From contig CAMLLW010000002.1 of assembly GCA_946481295.1 (NCBI GenBank), positions 33,898 to 97,897 on the forward strand: a stretch of DNA of 64,000 bases, read 5' to 3'. The stretch is from an uncultured Clostridia bacterium. GTDB taxonomy: Bacteria > Bacillota > Clostridia > Lachnospirales > UBA5962. Position 1 is the first letter of the stretch, and each line of letters begins with the position of its first letter. Shown here one piece after another: positions 36,776 through 47,307 of the stretch. Under the pieces are notes generated by a model. The model searched no databases, was not told the DNA's origin, and worked only from the letters and a program-made list of their open reading frames with translations. The translations under genes were made by a program, and so were the position numbers.

Positions 36776-38112
36776 TGTTTTAAACCTCTATTAATTTTAA
36801 TAATAGCCCATGTTAATCCCATACACATCCAAAATGTTAACATATCTCTTGGATAAAACCAAACATGCTCTACCATTCCAACCATTACAAATGTAACTAT
36901 AGATGTTGCTCCTGCAGCAGAAAAATATTTTACTTCTTCATTGTTAGAATTTATAAAAGTTGATATTGCACTAGTAAATGATTTTAATAAATATGCTAAC
37001 ATAGCAATAAATCCACCTATACCTACTTCTACTAATGTATTAATAAGAACATTATGTGCATGCATTGCATTACCTGCGCTTTGATGTGCATGAGCTCTAT
37101 ATATTAATGTAAATGCACTTGGTCCTATTCCAATACCAGATGCCCAATAATTTTTTATAACTCTAGCTACGCCTTCCCAAATCATAAGACGATATGAGCT
37201 TGAACTATCTTTACCTATAGTAGAAAAACGCATTATAATTGTATCAGGTATAAAAGGTATGCATAATATACCTAAAACTAATATAATAGGAATATATCTT
37301 GGTTTTACAATTAAAATATAAACAAATGCTCCGCCAATTAAAGCTAAGTATGCTCCCCTTGAAAAAGTTAATACTAATGCTATAAAACATGGTATAAATA
37401 ATATAGTTAATAAAATTTTCTTGAGCTCATTTTTAGTTGCTAATATATAAGAAACACAAAATGGCATAAACATAATTAAATATTCTGCATAATTATTAGC
37501 ATTAGACATTGTAGAAAATAATCTGCCCGGTAATCCTCCATTTGTTTTTAAGTCTATAAAATCAGCTCTTATTTCTATACCAGTAAATTTTTGATAAAAC
37601 CCATAAATAGCAGTTAGAAATAATCCTAAAAATATAAATAATACTAATTTTTTATATTCTTCTAATGTTGTAAATGTATTTGTTATTAATATAGTAAAAA
37701 TTATACAAGAAAATAATAGACTTACAACTTTTATACTATTAGCTCCTCCCCAGCCTGTAAATAAACTTATTATACAAAATAAAACATACATAACTAAACT
37801 TGGAGCTATATAATCTAGATCTATTCCTTTTCTTTTATTACTAAAATATTGTACTGTAAAAACAAATAAATATAGCATGCTACCTAACATTATAAACATG
37901 TTATTCCATATTTCATGGGGTGTTATCGCTGATAATAGTGCAAATATACCTAAAGATACATTTATATTATAAAATGTAAATAATGCAAAAAATAATCCAA
38001 GACACATTACAAGAGCAAGCTTTAAAGATATAAAATAAGTTGTTAATCCAATCAACATCCCAAAAATAATAAAAATTATCTTTAAAATATTATTTTCCTT
38101 TGTAAATATCAT
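36772..38112 (-). CDS. O-antigen ligase / Wzy-like polymerase family membrane protein
   Basis: 446 aa with about 11 TM helices and a Wzy_C-like loop (TFSRGAYLALIGG). Its stop overlaps the next start (ATGA). Confidence 0.75.
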   Translation of the reverse strand: MIFTKENNILKIIFIIFGMLIGLTTYFISLKLALVMCLGLFFALFTFYNINVSLGIFALLSAITPHEIWNNMFIMLGSMLYLFVFTVQYFSNKRKGIDLDYIAPSLVMYVLFCIISLFTGWGGANSIKVVSLLFSCIIFTILITNTFTTLEEYKKLVLFIFLGLFLTAIYGFYQKFTGIEIRADFIDLKTNGGLPGRLFSTMSNANNYAEYLIMFMPFCVSYILATKNELKKILLTILFIPCFIALVLTFSRGAYLALIGGAFVYILIVKPRYIPIILVLGILCIPFIPDTIIMRFSTIGKDSSSSYRLMIWEGVARVIKNYWASGIGIGPSAFTLIYRAHAHQSAGNAMHAHNVLINTLVEVGIGGFIAMLAYLLKSFTSAISTFINSNNEEVKYFSAAGATSIVTFVMVGMVEHVWFYPRDMLTFWMCMGLTWAIIKINRGLKQ

Positions 38113-38128
38113 TTTAACCCCCTTGTAT

Positions 38129-38674
38129 TTACTTAAAAAGCCATGTAATAACTTTACTAGGAATACAATTATTTATTAATTTTACTAATGAATCTGAATT
38201 TATAAATGTTATAACTAAAGATATTAAAGATAAAATTAAATTTAATAATATACTCTTAGTACTATGATTTCCTAAAATAACTATAATAGTTCTTATTAAA
38301 AAAAACCCAAACATAGATGCAAAAAAAACTTGTATAAAAATGCCATAATTTTTTAGAGGTTTTATAAACTTTTCAAAAAGTTTATAATTTACACTATCAG
38401 TATTTTTAATAGAAATTTTACTATAAATAGTTTTAAAAAATTTAACTACTTTTTTACAAACAGCAAATATAAAACCTATAATAATACTACCTTTAGCAAA
38501 GTTATTATTATATCCTTCTTTTAATTTTCTATAAATATTACCTATAATACAACTATCTAAAGCTTTATTAGAAATTTTATTTATAGCAAAATATATAAAA
38601 CTTTTTTCGTACATATTGTTTAAATATCTAAGTATTCTTAATAATAGGTTTATAAAAAAACTATTTTTTATCAT
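38129..38674 (-). CDS. Membrane protein of unknown function
   Basis: 181 aa with several hydrophobic helices. Its start overlaps the upstream stop (TAATG). Confidence 0.5.
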   Translation of the reverse strand: MIKNSFFINLLLRILRYLNNMYEKSFIYFAINKISNKALDSCIIGNIYRKLKEGYNNNFAKGSIIIGFIFAVCKKVVKFFKTIYSKISIKNTDSVNYKLFEKFIKPLKNYGIFIQVFFASMFGFFLIRTIIVILGNHSTKSILLNLILSLISLVITFINSDSLVKLINNCIPSKVITWLFK

Positions 38675-39165
38675 TATTCACCGCTCTTTTCTTCTATACC
38701 AGAAATTCTTACATTAAGAATAGCTTTACCAGCTCTAATATTTAAACTATGTCCTACGCTATATTTATTTCCATTTACTAAAAATCCATAGTCAAATTTT
38801 TGTCCTTTTAAATTAGATGTTATTTCTATAGAATTGTGATTTTCCTTTCCACTTGCAACTAATATACCATTAGAATTAGGACTAAAACTTATACTATCTC
38901 CACTTTTTATATCTATTATTTGACCTAAATCAAGTTCTTTATCAGCATCTAATACTTTATCTCCTACTTTAATGCTATCTGTAACAAAGCTATCTATATC
39001 TGTTGCATAAAATTTTACGGTAAATGCTGATTCTGTTGAACCAGTTATTCCTATATCTTTATGCATTTTTGAATATATAAAAAAACAAACTCCTATAAAA
39101 ATTAAGATGATTAAAATATCTATAATATTTATTTTAACTCCTGATTTTTCTTTTCCAATTGTCAT
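38674..39165 (-). CDS. DUF4330-like single-pass membrane protein
   Basis: 163 aa with an N-terminal TM helix followed by a beta-rich domain. It is a paralog of the adjacent 159-aa protein. Confidence 0.55.
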   Translation of the reverse strand: MTIGKEKSGVKINIIDILIILIFIGVCFFIYSKMHKDIGITGSTESAFTVKFYATDIDSFVTDSIKVGDKVLDADKELDLGQIIDIKSGDSISFSPNSNGILVASGKENHNSIEITSNLKGQKFDYGFLVNGNKYSVGHSLNIRAGKAILNVRISGIEEKSGE

Positions 39166-39194
39166 TTTACTTTCCTTTCTTTTGTTATAATTTT

Positions 39195-39674
39195 TTAATT
39201 AAATTCTATATCTGAAATTTTTAAAAATACTTTGGCTTCTCCAGCCCATAATATAATTTCTTGTCCAACTAAATAAGTATGTCCACTTATAAGAACTGCA
39301 TCATTGTAATTATAAGCTTTAAGCTTAGTAGTAAATTCAACAGAAGATAAACCATCCATACTACTTTTTTTATTTATTCCATTTTTATCAGGATTAAAGT
39401 CTACACTTTTATCTTTCTTTACAGATGATATTTCTCCCAAATATACATCAGTTGCATCTTGTGTAACTTTGGCACCTGGCTTTAATTTTGCTACAGTAAA
39501 ATTTTGTAGTGCAGGAGAATAAAATTTTATAGTCACATCTTGCATTTCACTAGAAATACCTGATTTATATCCTATTCTTAAAATTCCAAATAAAATTATT
39601 AAAATAATAGAACAGATTATAAATAAGTCTACTATACTTATTTTTTTTAATATTCTACCATACTTATCTATCAT
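39195..39674 (-). CDS. DUF4330-like single-pass membrane protein (paralog)
   Basis: 159 aa with the same architecture (KISIVDLFIICSIILIILF ... VTIKFYSP ...). Confidence 0.55.
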   Translation of the reverse strand: MIDKYGRILKKISIVDLFIICSIILIILFGILRIGYKSGISSEMQDVTIKFYSPALQNFTVAKLKPGAKVTQDATDVYLGEISSVKKDKSVDFNPDKNGINKKSSMDGLSSVEFTTKLKAYNYNDAVLISGHTYLVGQEIILWAGEAKVFLKISDIEFN

Positions 39675-40783
39675 TTTTTCCTCCTTTCAATAGAATTTAA
39701 GTATAAATCATATGTTTTATCAAAGTTTTTTGATTTATCAAAATTAATTTTAACGGCTTCTCTAGAATTTTTGCAAAAATTATAATATACTTCTTTTTCA
39801 TTTAGCATAGTATTCATAGCATTTGCCATTGCACTAATATCATTATAATTTACAACTAAACCACAATTTGTTCTATCATTTATAATATCTATATTACCAC
39901 CTACATTTGTAACAATTGCTGGTATACCTCTGCTTAAAGCTTCTATAATAGCAAAACTTAACGCTTCTGAACTAGATGAATTTATAAAAACATTACTTTC
40001 ATCTAAAATATTTTTTGTGTCTATTCGATAACCAGTAAAAATAACTTTATTTTCTAAATTGTTTTGATTAACAAAATTTTTTGATTCTTCTAATAAAATT
40101 CCATCTCCCACAAATATTACTCTAAAAGGGATATTAGTTATATTACTTAAATATTTAATAGATTTTAATAAAAACATATTTCCTTTTTCTTCTGAAAAAC
40201 GTGTAAGTGTTACAAAGACAAATTCTTCTTTTGAAATAGAAAATTCATTTCTTATGTATGGTTTTGCTTTTATTAATTTTTCATCAAAATCTACTCCATT
40301 AAAAATAACTTTTATTTTATTAGAAGGATAATTATTTTTTATAAGTAATTGTTTTACACTATTACAAACTGCAATAATATATGAATTTTGTTTTATTAAT
40401 ATTTTATTAGTAAATTTCCAAAAACAATTATTATTTAAATTTATATGAGATGTATATATAATCTTTATTTTTGCTCCTAATAATTTTGAAAAAATAGCAA
40501 TGTAATTTTCTCTAGCAAACTGGGTATGAATAATATTTATATTATTTTCAATACATATATTTTTTAATTTTATTGCAGAAAATATATCAAAAGGATTTTT
40601 CATATTTAATTTTATAGTTTTTACACCTAAATTTTTAACTTGTTCAACAAGTAATCCTTTTTCATTATATACTAAAATTACATTATCATTTTTATGAATA
40701 AGACTTTCCATTAAATCTTTTACATATTTTTCAGAACCTCCTTGACCAGCGAAATTTATTAAAAATAAGATATTCAATTTCAA
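39671..40783 (-). CDS. GT4-family glycosyltransferase
   Basis: FLINFAGQGGSEKY and EALSFAIIEALSRGIPAIVTNVGG. TTG start overlapping the murJ-like stop (TTGA). Confidence 0.85.
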   Translation of the reverse strand: MKLNILFLINFAGQGGSEKYVKDLMESLIHKNDNVILVYNEKGLLVEQVKNLGVKTIKLNMKNPFDIFSAIKLKNICIENNINIIHTQFARENYIAIFSKLLGAKIKIIYTSHINLNNNCFWKFTNKILIKQNSYIIAVCNSVKQLLIKNNYPSNKIKVIFNGVDFDEKLIKAKPYIRNEFSISKEEFVFVTLTRFSEEKGNMFLLKSIKYLSNITNIPFRVIFVGDGILLEESKNFVNQNNLENKVIFTGYRIDTKNILDESNVFINSSSSEALSFAIIEALSRGIPAIVTNVGGNIDIINDRTNCGLVVNYNDISAMANAMNTMLNEKEVYYNFCKNSREAVKINFDKSKNFDKTYDLYLNSIERRKK

Positions 40784-42324
40784 TCAATCCTTTTTTTATC
40801 TTTTACAAATATAGTGTAAACTAAGTTTATTTTTAAAATGATAGCCATAATAAAATAAATTATAACACCTACTATAGAAGGAACAAAAGTTTTAAATATT
40901 CTAGTTAATATTTTACTATTTAAAATATTTATATCAGATATAATAAGCATTACAAAATAAACAAATATAAGCATTATAAATGTTGCAAATAAACTTTTAA
41001 AAATTAATATAAATAAATTCTTATCTATAAATTTAATTCTTCTATTTATAATTATACAAAGACCTAAAGCTCCTATAAAACTAGCTATAGAATAAGCTAA
41101 TGGCATACTATAAGTTCCTAATTTAATTACCTTTAAAAAGAATGTACTTAAAATAATATTAGAAATCATTATTATAAATCCAAAGAGAGCAGGAATTTTA
41201 GTATCTTGTTGTGAATAAAAAGCTTTATCTAAAATTTCTTTAATACCTATTCCTACAATTCCAAATGCATATAAACCTAACATATTTGATGATATAATAG
41301 CACTTTCTAAAGAAAAATCTCCCCATTTAGCTAATAAATTTATTATATCTAATCTTAATATAATAAATCCAGCTGTTGCAGGTATAAGTAAAAATATAAC
41401 AGTTGATATTATATTATATAAAATATTTTTAAATTCTTCTTTATTATTTAGAGCCCATAACTTTGTTAAATTAGGAAAATATACTCCAGTTATAGAATAT
41501 ATTACTGATAATATTGACACTAAAATTAAATTTTGTACATATGACATAATTGTAACAGTATCAAATTTAGTAGCTAATGTTGAATTAAACCACATATTTA
41601 TTTGATAAGAAGACACGCTAATTAATACAGGTAAAATAAGTTTCCCTGCATTTATAATATTCTTATTTTTTAAATCAATAGAAAATTTATATCTGTAACC
41701 TGTTTTCCTTATAAAGGGTATTAATATTGCAACTTGTAATGCAAGTCCTAATACTGTACTAAATAATAATCCTTTAACACCAAATCTTTTGCCTAATAAT
41801 AAAATATATAAAATTATAGTAATACTAGATGGCACTGTTACAAAAGCAGGAACTCTAAAGTTACCATTAGATTGTAAAACCCCTTGAAATATATAATTTA
41901 ATCCATAAAAAAACATAACTGGCATCAATACTCTTAATGCAAAAATTAAAAATTGCCGATTTTCAGGTATATACCTATATCCTGTTAAATTTGCAATAAA
42001 AGGTGATGCAATCCAACCTATAATAATTAAAAAAATTATTAGAAAACATGATATTGATATAATATCATTTAAAAATTTATTAGACTCTTCATGCTCTTCT
42101 TTAGCAAGTAAAGAAGAATATACTGGTATTACAACCATAGTAAGTGATGTACCTATACAATTAAATATTAAATTTGGTATATTTAAAGCATAAGAATACA
42201 TATTCAAAAAAGAATTTTGAGGTCCAAAAAAGGACATATAAAGTTGTACACCAACTAGAGATAAAAGTCTAGCAAATAAAGTTATAACTGTAACAGAAAA
42301 AATCATTTTACCATATGCTTTCAT
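40780..42324 (-). CDS. MurJ/MviN-family (MOP superfamily) lipid-linked oligosaccharide flippase
   Basis: About 14 TM helices with an N-terminus FSVTVITLFARLLSLV typical of MurJ. The start is taken at ATG 42324 (AGGAG RBS). Confidence 0.75.
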   Translation of the reverse strand: MKAYGKMIFSVTVITLFARLLSLVGVQLYMSFFGPQNSFLNMYSYALNIPNLIFNCIGTSLTMVVIPVYSSLLAKEEHEESNKFLNDIISISCFLIIFLIIIGWIASPFIANLTGYRYIPENRQFLIFALRVLMPVMFFYGLNYIFQGVLQSNGNFRVPAFVTVPSSITIILYILLLGKRFGVKGLLFSTVLGLALQVAILIPFIRKTGYRYKFSIDLKNKNIINAGKLILPVLISVSSYQINMWFNSTLATKFDTVTIMSYVQNLILVSILSVIYSITGVYFPNLTKLWALNNKEEFKNILYNIISTVIFLLIPATAGFIILRLDIINLLAKWGDFSLESAIISSNMLGLYAFGIVGIGIKEILDKAFYSQQDTKIPALFGFIIMISNIILSTFFLKVIKLGTYSMPLAYSIASFIGALGLCIIINRRIKFIDKNLFILIFKSLFATFIMLIFVYFVMLIISDINILNSKILTRIFKTFVPSIVGVIIYFIMAIILKINLVYTIFVKDKKRID

Positions 42325-42489
42325 ATTTATACTCCTAAAATATTTTATAGCAAAAACCAACATTAGTATAACAAACATGTTTTTTTTTTACAACCGGATT
42401 TAATTGTTTTAAAATAATAAAAAAGTAAGAAAAATAAAAAACCAATCTTTAACTAAAATTAGTTTTAATTAAAAATTGGTTTTTTATTT

Positions 42490-43332
42490 TTATATTTTTT
42501 CTATACTATTCATAATAATTGTTGAATTATTATCTACTGATTTAACTAATTTTTTTAAATCTTTTACTTTTTTACCTGGTACTGTACAATAAATAATACT
42601 TTGGTCTTCTTTTTTATGATCTGATCCTGCTTGAACATATAATGTACTTGGATTTATAGTTTCTAATATTTTATTAAATATATCTTTATAATTTTCTGAA
42701 ATTATAGATATATGTTTTTCGCCACCTTTATGGTGTGATAAAGCATTAATAGTTCTATTAATACAAAATGATGATATAAGAGAATATAAAGTTGTTTGTA
42801 TTCCAAAAACTAATAATCCTAATATAATTATTGTACCATCTAATACAAATAAAATATTAGCATACTTAACATTTTTAAATACAATATTTAGTAAACTTGC
42901 CGCTAAAACTGTACCTCCATTTGTTGCATATCCAGAAGTAACAAATACTACTCCTAATCCAGATAATACTCCACCAAATATAGCACATAAAATTAAATCT
43001 ACATTTATATGAGGTATATTTTTAGTTAATTGTAATAAAACTGTTAATCCTATTATAGCTATGATTGTTCTTGCTACAAATCGTTTTCCTTTAAGTAAAT
43101 AACCTATTATAATAAGAGGTACATTTAATCCAAAATTTGTGTATGCAACTGGAATCGCAAATCCTAGATATCTTTTTGAAACAGATTCTACTACTATACC
43201 TAATCCTGTTAACCCACCTGAAACTAACGAATTAGGTTTAAGAAATATATTAACTGACAATGCTACTAAAAGAGATCCAAATAATATCTTAGCATAATCT
43301 ATAATTTGGTATTTGACTGAACTTTCATTCAT
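42490..43332 (-). CDS. YitT-family membrane protein (C-terminal DUF2179)
   Basis: 280 aa with five TM helices and a soluble C-terminal domain. YAKILFGSLLVALSVNIFL is typical of the family. Confidence 0.75.
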   Translation of the reverse strand: MNESSVKYQIIDYAKILFGSLLVALSVNIFLKPNSLVSGGLTGLGIVVESVSKRYLGFAIPVAYTNFGLNVPLIIIGYLLKGKRFVARTIIAIIGLTVLLQLTKNIPHINVDLILCAIFGGVLSGLGVVFVTSGYATNGGTVLAASLLNIVFKNVKYANILFVLDGTIIILGLLVFGIQTTLYSLISSFCINRTINALSHHKGGEKHISIISENYKDIFNKILETINPSTLYVQAGSDHKKEDQSIIYCTVPGKKVKDLKKLVKSVDNNSTIIMNSIEKI

Positions 43333-43334
43333 AT

Positions 43335-44093
43335 TTATTTTCTCCTAACTAACTGATCATTTTTATAAACTTTAAATTTATTTCCTATTACTTTTATTAT
43401 AAATAAAGGTAATACTTTCATTCTAAAAATTCTAACTGGTTGACATATAAGCCTATAAAACCACTCTAATCCAAATTTTATAAATATTTTAGGAGCCCTT
43501 TTTACTTCACCACCGATGACATCTATTGTTCCACCAATAGCCATGCTAAGCTTTACATCTAAGTTATTTTTATTATTGTATATCCATTTTTCTTGTTTAG
43601 GAAACCCTAGACCTACTAATAATAAATCTGGCTTTAAATTATTTATTTCATTTATTATTTTAGTTTCATCATCTGCTGAAAAATATCCACTATGAACACC
43701 TATAACTTTTACATTTTTATATGTGTTTTCTATGTTTTTTTTAGCATTATTTGCTATATTTGTCTTAGTTCCAAAAATATATACAGTTATAATTTTTTGA
43801 GTATTTTTTAATATAGATAAAACTAAGTCACATCCTGCAACTCGTTCTTTTAATTTTACTTCATTAAATTTTGAAGCTAAAACAACACCTATTCCATCAG
43901 GTATTGTAAAATCTGCATTCTTTAATATATGCATAAACTCTTGATCTTCTTGAGCTCTCATAACCATTTCTGGATTTGGTGTTACTATTATTTTATTTTC
44001 TCTACAATCGCCATATAAGATTTCTAATGATTTTTCTAAAGCCTCATTATTACTTATTACATCTATAGGCACATTTAAAACTTCTGTTTTCAT
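43335..44093 (-). CDS. WecB/TagA/CpsF-family glycosyltransferase (N-acetylmannosaminyltransferase-like)
   Basis: IVTPNPEMVM, PDGIGVV, GLGFPKQEKW, LEWFYRL. The start is taken at ATG 44093 (AGGTG RBS). Confidence 0.85.
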   Translation of the reverse strand: MKTEVLNVPIDVISNNEALEKSLEILYGDCRENKIIVTPNPEMVMRAQEDQEFMHILKNADFTIPDGIGVVLASKFNEVKLKERVAGCDLVLSILKNTQKIITVYIFGTKTNIANNAKKNIENTYKNVKVIGVHSGYFSADDETKIINEINNLKPDLLLVGLGFPKQEKWIYNNKNNLDVKLSMAIGGTIDVIGGEVKRAPKIFIKFGLEWFYRLICQPVRIFRMKVLPLFIIKVIGNKFKVYKNDQLVRRK

Positions 44094-44104
44094 ATCATAC
44101 ACAC

Positions 44105-44680
44105 CTATTTTATAGTATAATTACCTTTTACAATAAACCAAGCATCTTGTGTGGCTAAAATTCCTCGTCCATCATCTCTAGGTACTATTATTAAATTATT
44201 TTTTAAAATATCTTTACCATTTAAAAGTTCTTTACCAGTTGTTACATTAATTACTCCATCTGCAACTTCTGTATAAGAAATACCTTTACCACTTCTTAAA
44301 ATTAATTCTGCTCCACCTTCACCTATAAGTATTTGTCCAGCTTTTAAAAATACAGGTTCAAACTTATTAGAATCATCTATTACAGGATTATCATTAGTAG
44401 TATCTGTAGTATTTTTATTATTTCCTAAACTATCTTTAACTAATTTTACTATCTTTTGTAATAATTCATCAGAAATTTTATCATTGATTGTATTATTATT
44501 GCCACTTACATTTACATTGTTTTTAATAGATTTTAATATATTATCAACATAACTCTTAGTAACTAAGGGGTCTTGTTCTGTGCCAGCACTAGTTGATGCA
44601 AATACACAAGTATTAAATGCAAAGATAATATACAATCCACAAATAATTGATATAAATAAAGTTTTTTTACTCCTACGCAT
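44105..44680 (-). CDS. Secreted or anchored protein of unknown function
   Basis: N-terminal signal/anchor and an Asn/Thr-rich linker. No family recognised. Confidence 0.55.
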   Translation of the reverse strand: MRRSKKTLFISIICGLYIIFAFNTCVFASTSAGTEQDPLVTKSYVDNILKSIKNNVNVSGNNNTINDKISDELLQKIVKLVKDSLGNNKNTTDTTNDNPVIDDSNKFEPVFLKAGQILIGEGGAELILRSGKGISYTEVADGVINVTTGKELLNGKDILKNNLIIVPRDDGRGILATQDAWFIVKGNYTIK

Positions 44681-44807
44681 AATGCCCCCCGATACTTATT
44701 ATATTTGTATTATATCAAAATAAGGATTCTTTTGCAATTATGAAGACAATTTTAACTATTTTTACTAAAAAAATACTTTAACATAAAATGTTAAAGTATT
44801 TTTAAAT

Positions 44808-45149
44808 TTATTCTTCAGAATTTTCTTCTTCACATTCGTCTTGAAATAAAGAATAAAAAACTTCAGAAACTTTTGCAAACTCTTCATCAGATTCTATTAA
44901 ATCTAAAGAAACTTCCCCATCATTTTCTGTATATCTATAAATAAGTACTTCATCATCACCAATAGGTAATAAAGTAATATACTCTTTATCATCAACATCA
45001 AATGTTCCTAAAATATCACATTCTACATTTGTATTGTCTTCTAAAGTGATAGTTACTGTTTGTATTTCTTCTTCAATATTATGGTGACATCCACAACCGC
45101 AATGAGAAGCTTTGTATTCATCTCCACAGCCACATCCCATTTTTTTCAC
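44808..45149 (-). CDS. DUF1292-family protein with a Cys/His-rich N-terminus
   Basis: MGCGCGDEYKASHCGCGCHH is followed by ITLEDNTNVECDILGTFDVDDKEYITLLP, typical of DUF1292. Confidence 0.65.
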   Translation of the reverse strand: MKKMGCGCGDEYKASHCGCGCHHNIEEEIQTVTITLEDNTNVECDILGTFDVDDKEYITLLPIGDDEVLIYRYTENDGEVSLDLIESDEEFAKVSEVFYSLFQDECEEENSEE

Positions 45150-45217
45150 GCTCCTTATAATCTTTTAATAAAAATTTGAATATTATTATATCATATTTTT
45201 TAAATTAATTATATTTA

Positions 45218-46378
45218 TTATTTTATACTTTTTTTGATATTTTTGTTTTTAATTTTACCAAAATAAATTTCCTTTTCCTGTATATTTATTTTTAATTTTC
45301 TTTCATGTTGTTTTATTAATTTAATTTCTTTAGATAACGCTATATTTATACAAAATCCCTTTTTATTCATTCTTCCCGTTCTTCCAGAACGATGTATATA
45401 TATTTCTGTATCTTCTGGTATATCAAAATTAACTACATATTCTAAATTTTCTATATCTAACCCTCTAGATGAAATATCTGAAGTAACTAAAAAAACATGA
45501 TTACTGTTTCTAAAATTATTTAAAGCATTTCTTCTATCTTTTGAATACATATTACCATTTAATGATATTGATTTTATACCATGATAATTTAATTTTTCAG
45601 TTATAATTTCTACAGTATTAGCATTATTAACAAAGACTATTCCTTTTTTTATTTTTAATGAATTATATATTTTCTTTAATAATTCAAATTTCTTCTTAAA
45701 ATCAGCTATAAAAAACATATGTTCTATATTTGTAGGTAATACATCTTCACTATTTTCTAATTTTATTATTTGAGGGTTATTCATAATTTCTTTTGCAATT
45801 AGAATATATTTGTCTGGAATAGTTGCAGATGTAAAAATCAATTGTCTTTCCTTAAGTGTAGTTTTTATAATACTATTTACTAAGTCTATATTATTACTAT
45901 CTAACATTCTATCTGCTTCATCTACAACTATACTTTTAATATAGTAAGGCTTTATTTTTTTTAATTTTATTAATTCTAAAATTCTCCCAGAAGTACCTAC
46001 TATTATTTTAGGCTTATTTTTTAAAACATCTATTTGTTTTTTTATATTTGAACCACCTACAAGTAAAGCTACATTATAATCTAAATTACAATTTTCATCT
46101 ATCATTTTTGCTTGTTTATATATTTGACTTGCTAATTCTTGAGTAGGCGATAAAATCATCACTTGTGGTTTATTTAAATTTACATCTATTTTTTTAAAAA
46201 TAGGTAATAGATATGCTAATGTTTTACCAGAACCTGTTTTAGAAGTAAATATACAATCTTTATTATCTAATATAATTGGTATTACAATTTCTTGTATTTT
46301 AGTAGGAATAGTAATACCGTTCTTTTCTAATCCTATAGAATAATTATTATCTATAAGTAAATTAAAATTTTTATCCAT
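45218..46378 (-). CDS. DEAD-box ATP-dependent RNA helicase
   Basis: SKTGSGKT, DEAD, SAT, HRSGRTGR. Confidence 0.9.
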   Translation of the reverse strand: MDKNFNLLIDNNYSIGLEKNGITIPTKIQEIVIPIILDNKDCIFTSKTGSGKTLAYLLPIFKKIDVNLNKPQVMILSPTQELASQIYKQAKMIDENCNLDYNVALLVGGSNIKKQIDVLKNKPKIIVGTSGRILELIKLKKIKPYYIKSIVVDEADRMLDSNNIDLVNSIIKTTLKERQLIFTSATIPDKYILIAKEIMNNPQIIKLENSEDVLPTNIEHMFFIADFKKKFELLKKIYNSLKIKKGIVFVNNANTVEIITEKLNYHGIKSISLNGNMYSKDRRNALNNFRNSNHVFLVTSDISSRGLDIENLEYVVNFDIPEDTEIYIHRSGRTGRMNKKGFCINIALSKEIKLIKQHERKLKINIQEKEIYFGKIKNKNIKKSIK

Positions 46379-46431
46379 AAATTTCTCCTTGAATACTATA
46401 TATATTAAATATAAATAGTTAAAATGTTTGT

Positions 46432-47139
46432 TTATTCTACAGTATCATAGTTTTTAAAATATTCTAAAATGCCAGTATAAATAGCCCAAGCTATTCTATC
46501 TTGATATTCATCTTGAAGCAATAAATTTTTTTCTTCATAATTTGTTAAAAATCCACATTCTACAATAACTGCAGGTATAATTGTTTGTCTTAAAACATAA
46601 TAATTTTTATTAGGTTTTGCAATTCTTGTACTGTCTGGCTGAACAAATTCATTTAACTTTAATTGAATAAAATCTGCAAGTAATTTACTGTGATCAGAAT
46701 TATCAAAATAAAAAACTTGAGCTCCTTTTACACTTTCTTTTGTAAATGAATTTTGATGTATACTAACAAAAATATCTGACTGAGTATCATTAGCTATTTC
46801 TTTTCTTCCTCTCATATCTTGTGATTTTTTATCACCTAATGCAGTATCATCTACTCTAGTCATTAATACGTATGCATCTGCTTGTTCTAAATAACTCTGT
46901 ACTTTTCCAGCAATAGCTAAATTTATATCTTTTTCTAATATATTATCTGTACCTACTTTTCCTGGGTCCCATCCACCATGTCCAGGGTCTATAGAAATAA
47001 CTTTTTTTGATAAAGGCATAGAAAATGTAGTAACTACATTATTGTCTCTTCTCTGATATGAACTAAAAATGCCAACTGATAAAATACATATGTAAATTGC
47101 TATTAAAATTCTTTCTCTATAAATACTTATAAATTTCAT
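46432..47139 (-). CDS. cwlD: N-acetylmuramoyl-L-alanine amidase CwlD (spore cortex muramic-lactam formation)
   Basis: N-terminal TM helix, IDPGHGGWDPG, SIHQNS, ECGFLTN, 235 aa. Confidence 0.8.
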   Translation of the reverse strand: MKFISIYRERILIAIYICILSVGIFSSYQRRDNNVVTTFSMPLSKKVISIDPGHGGWDPGKVGTDNILEKDINLAIAGKVQSYLEQADAYVLMTRVDDTALGDKKSQDMRGRKEIANDTQSDIFVSIHQNSFTKESVKGAQVFYFDNSDHSKLLADFIQLKLNEFVQPDSTRIAKPNKNYYVLRQTIIPAVIVECGFLTNYEEKNLLLQDEYQDRIAWAIYTGILEYFKNYDTVE

Positions 47140-47307
47140 ATTTTATACCCCCAAATATGTATAAATACAAACCTCTTATAAAGATTGTATTCTAGTATAA
47201 TTAAGTTTATACTTTTAGAATAAAACATAAATTTATTTATATTTATAAATAATAATTACAATTATAAAAAACTTTCATAAATATGAAAGTTTTAATGATT
47301 GGTAAAT

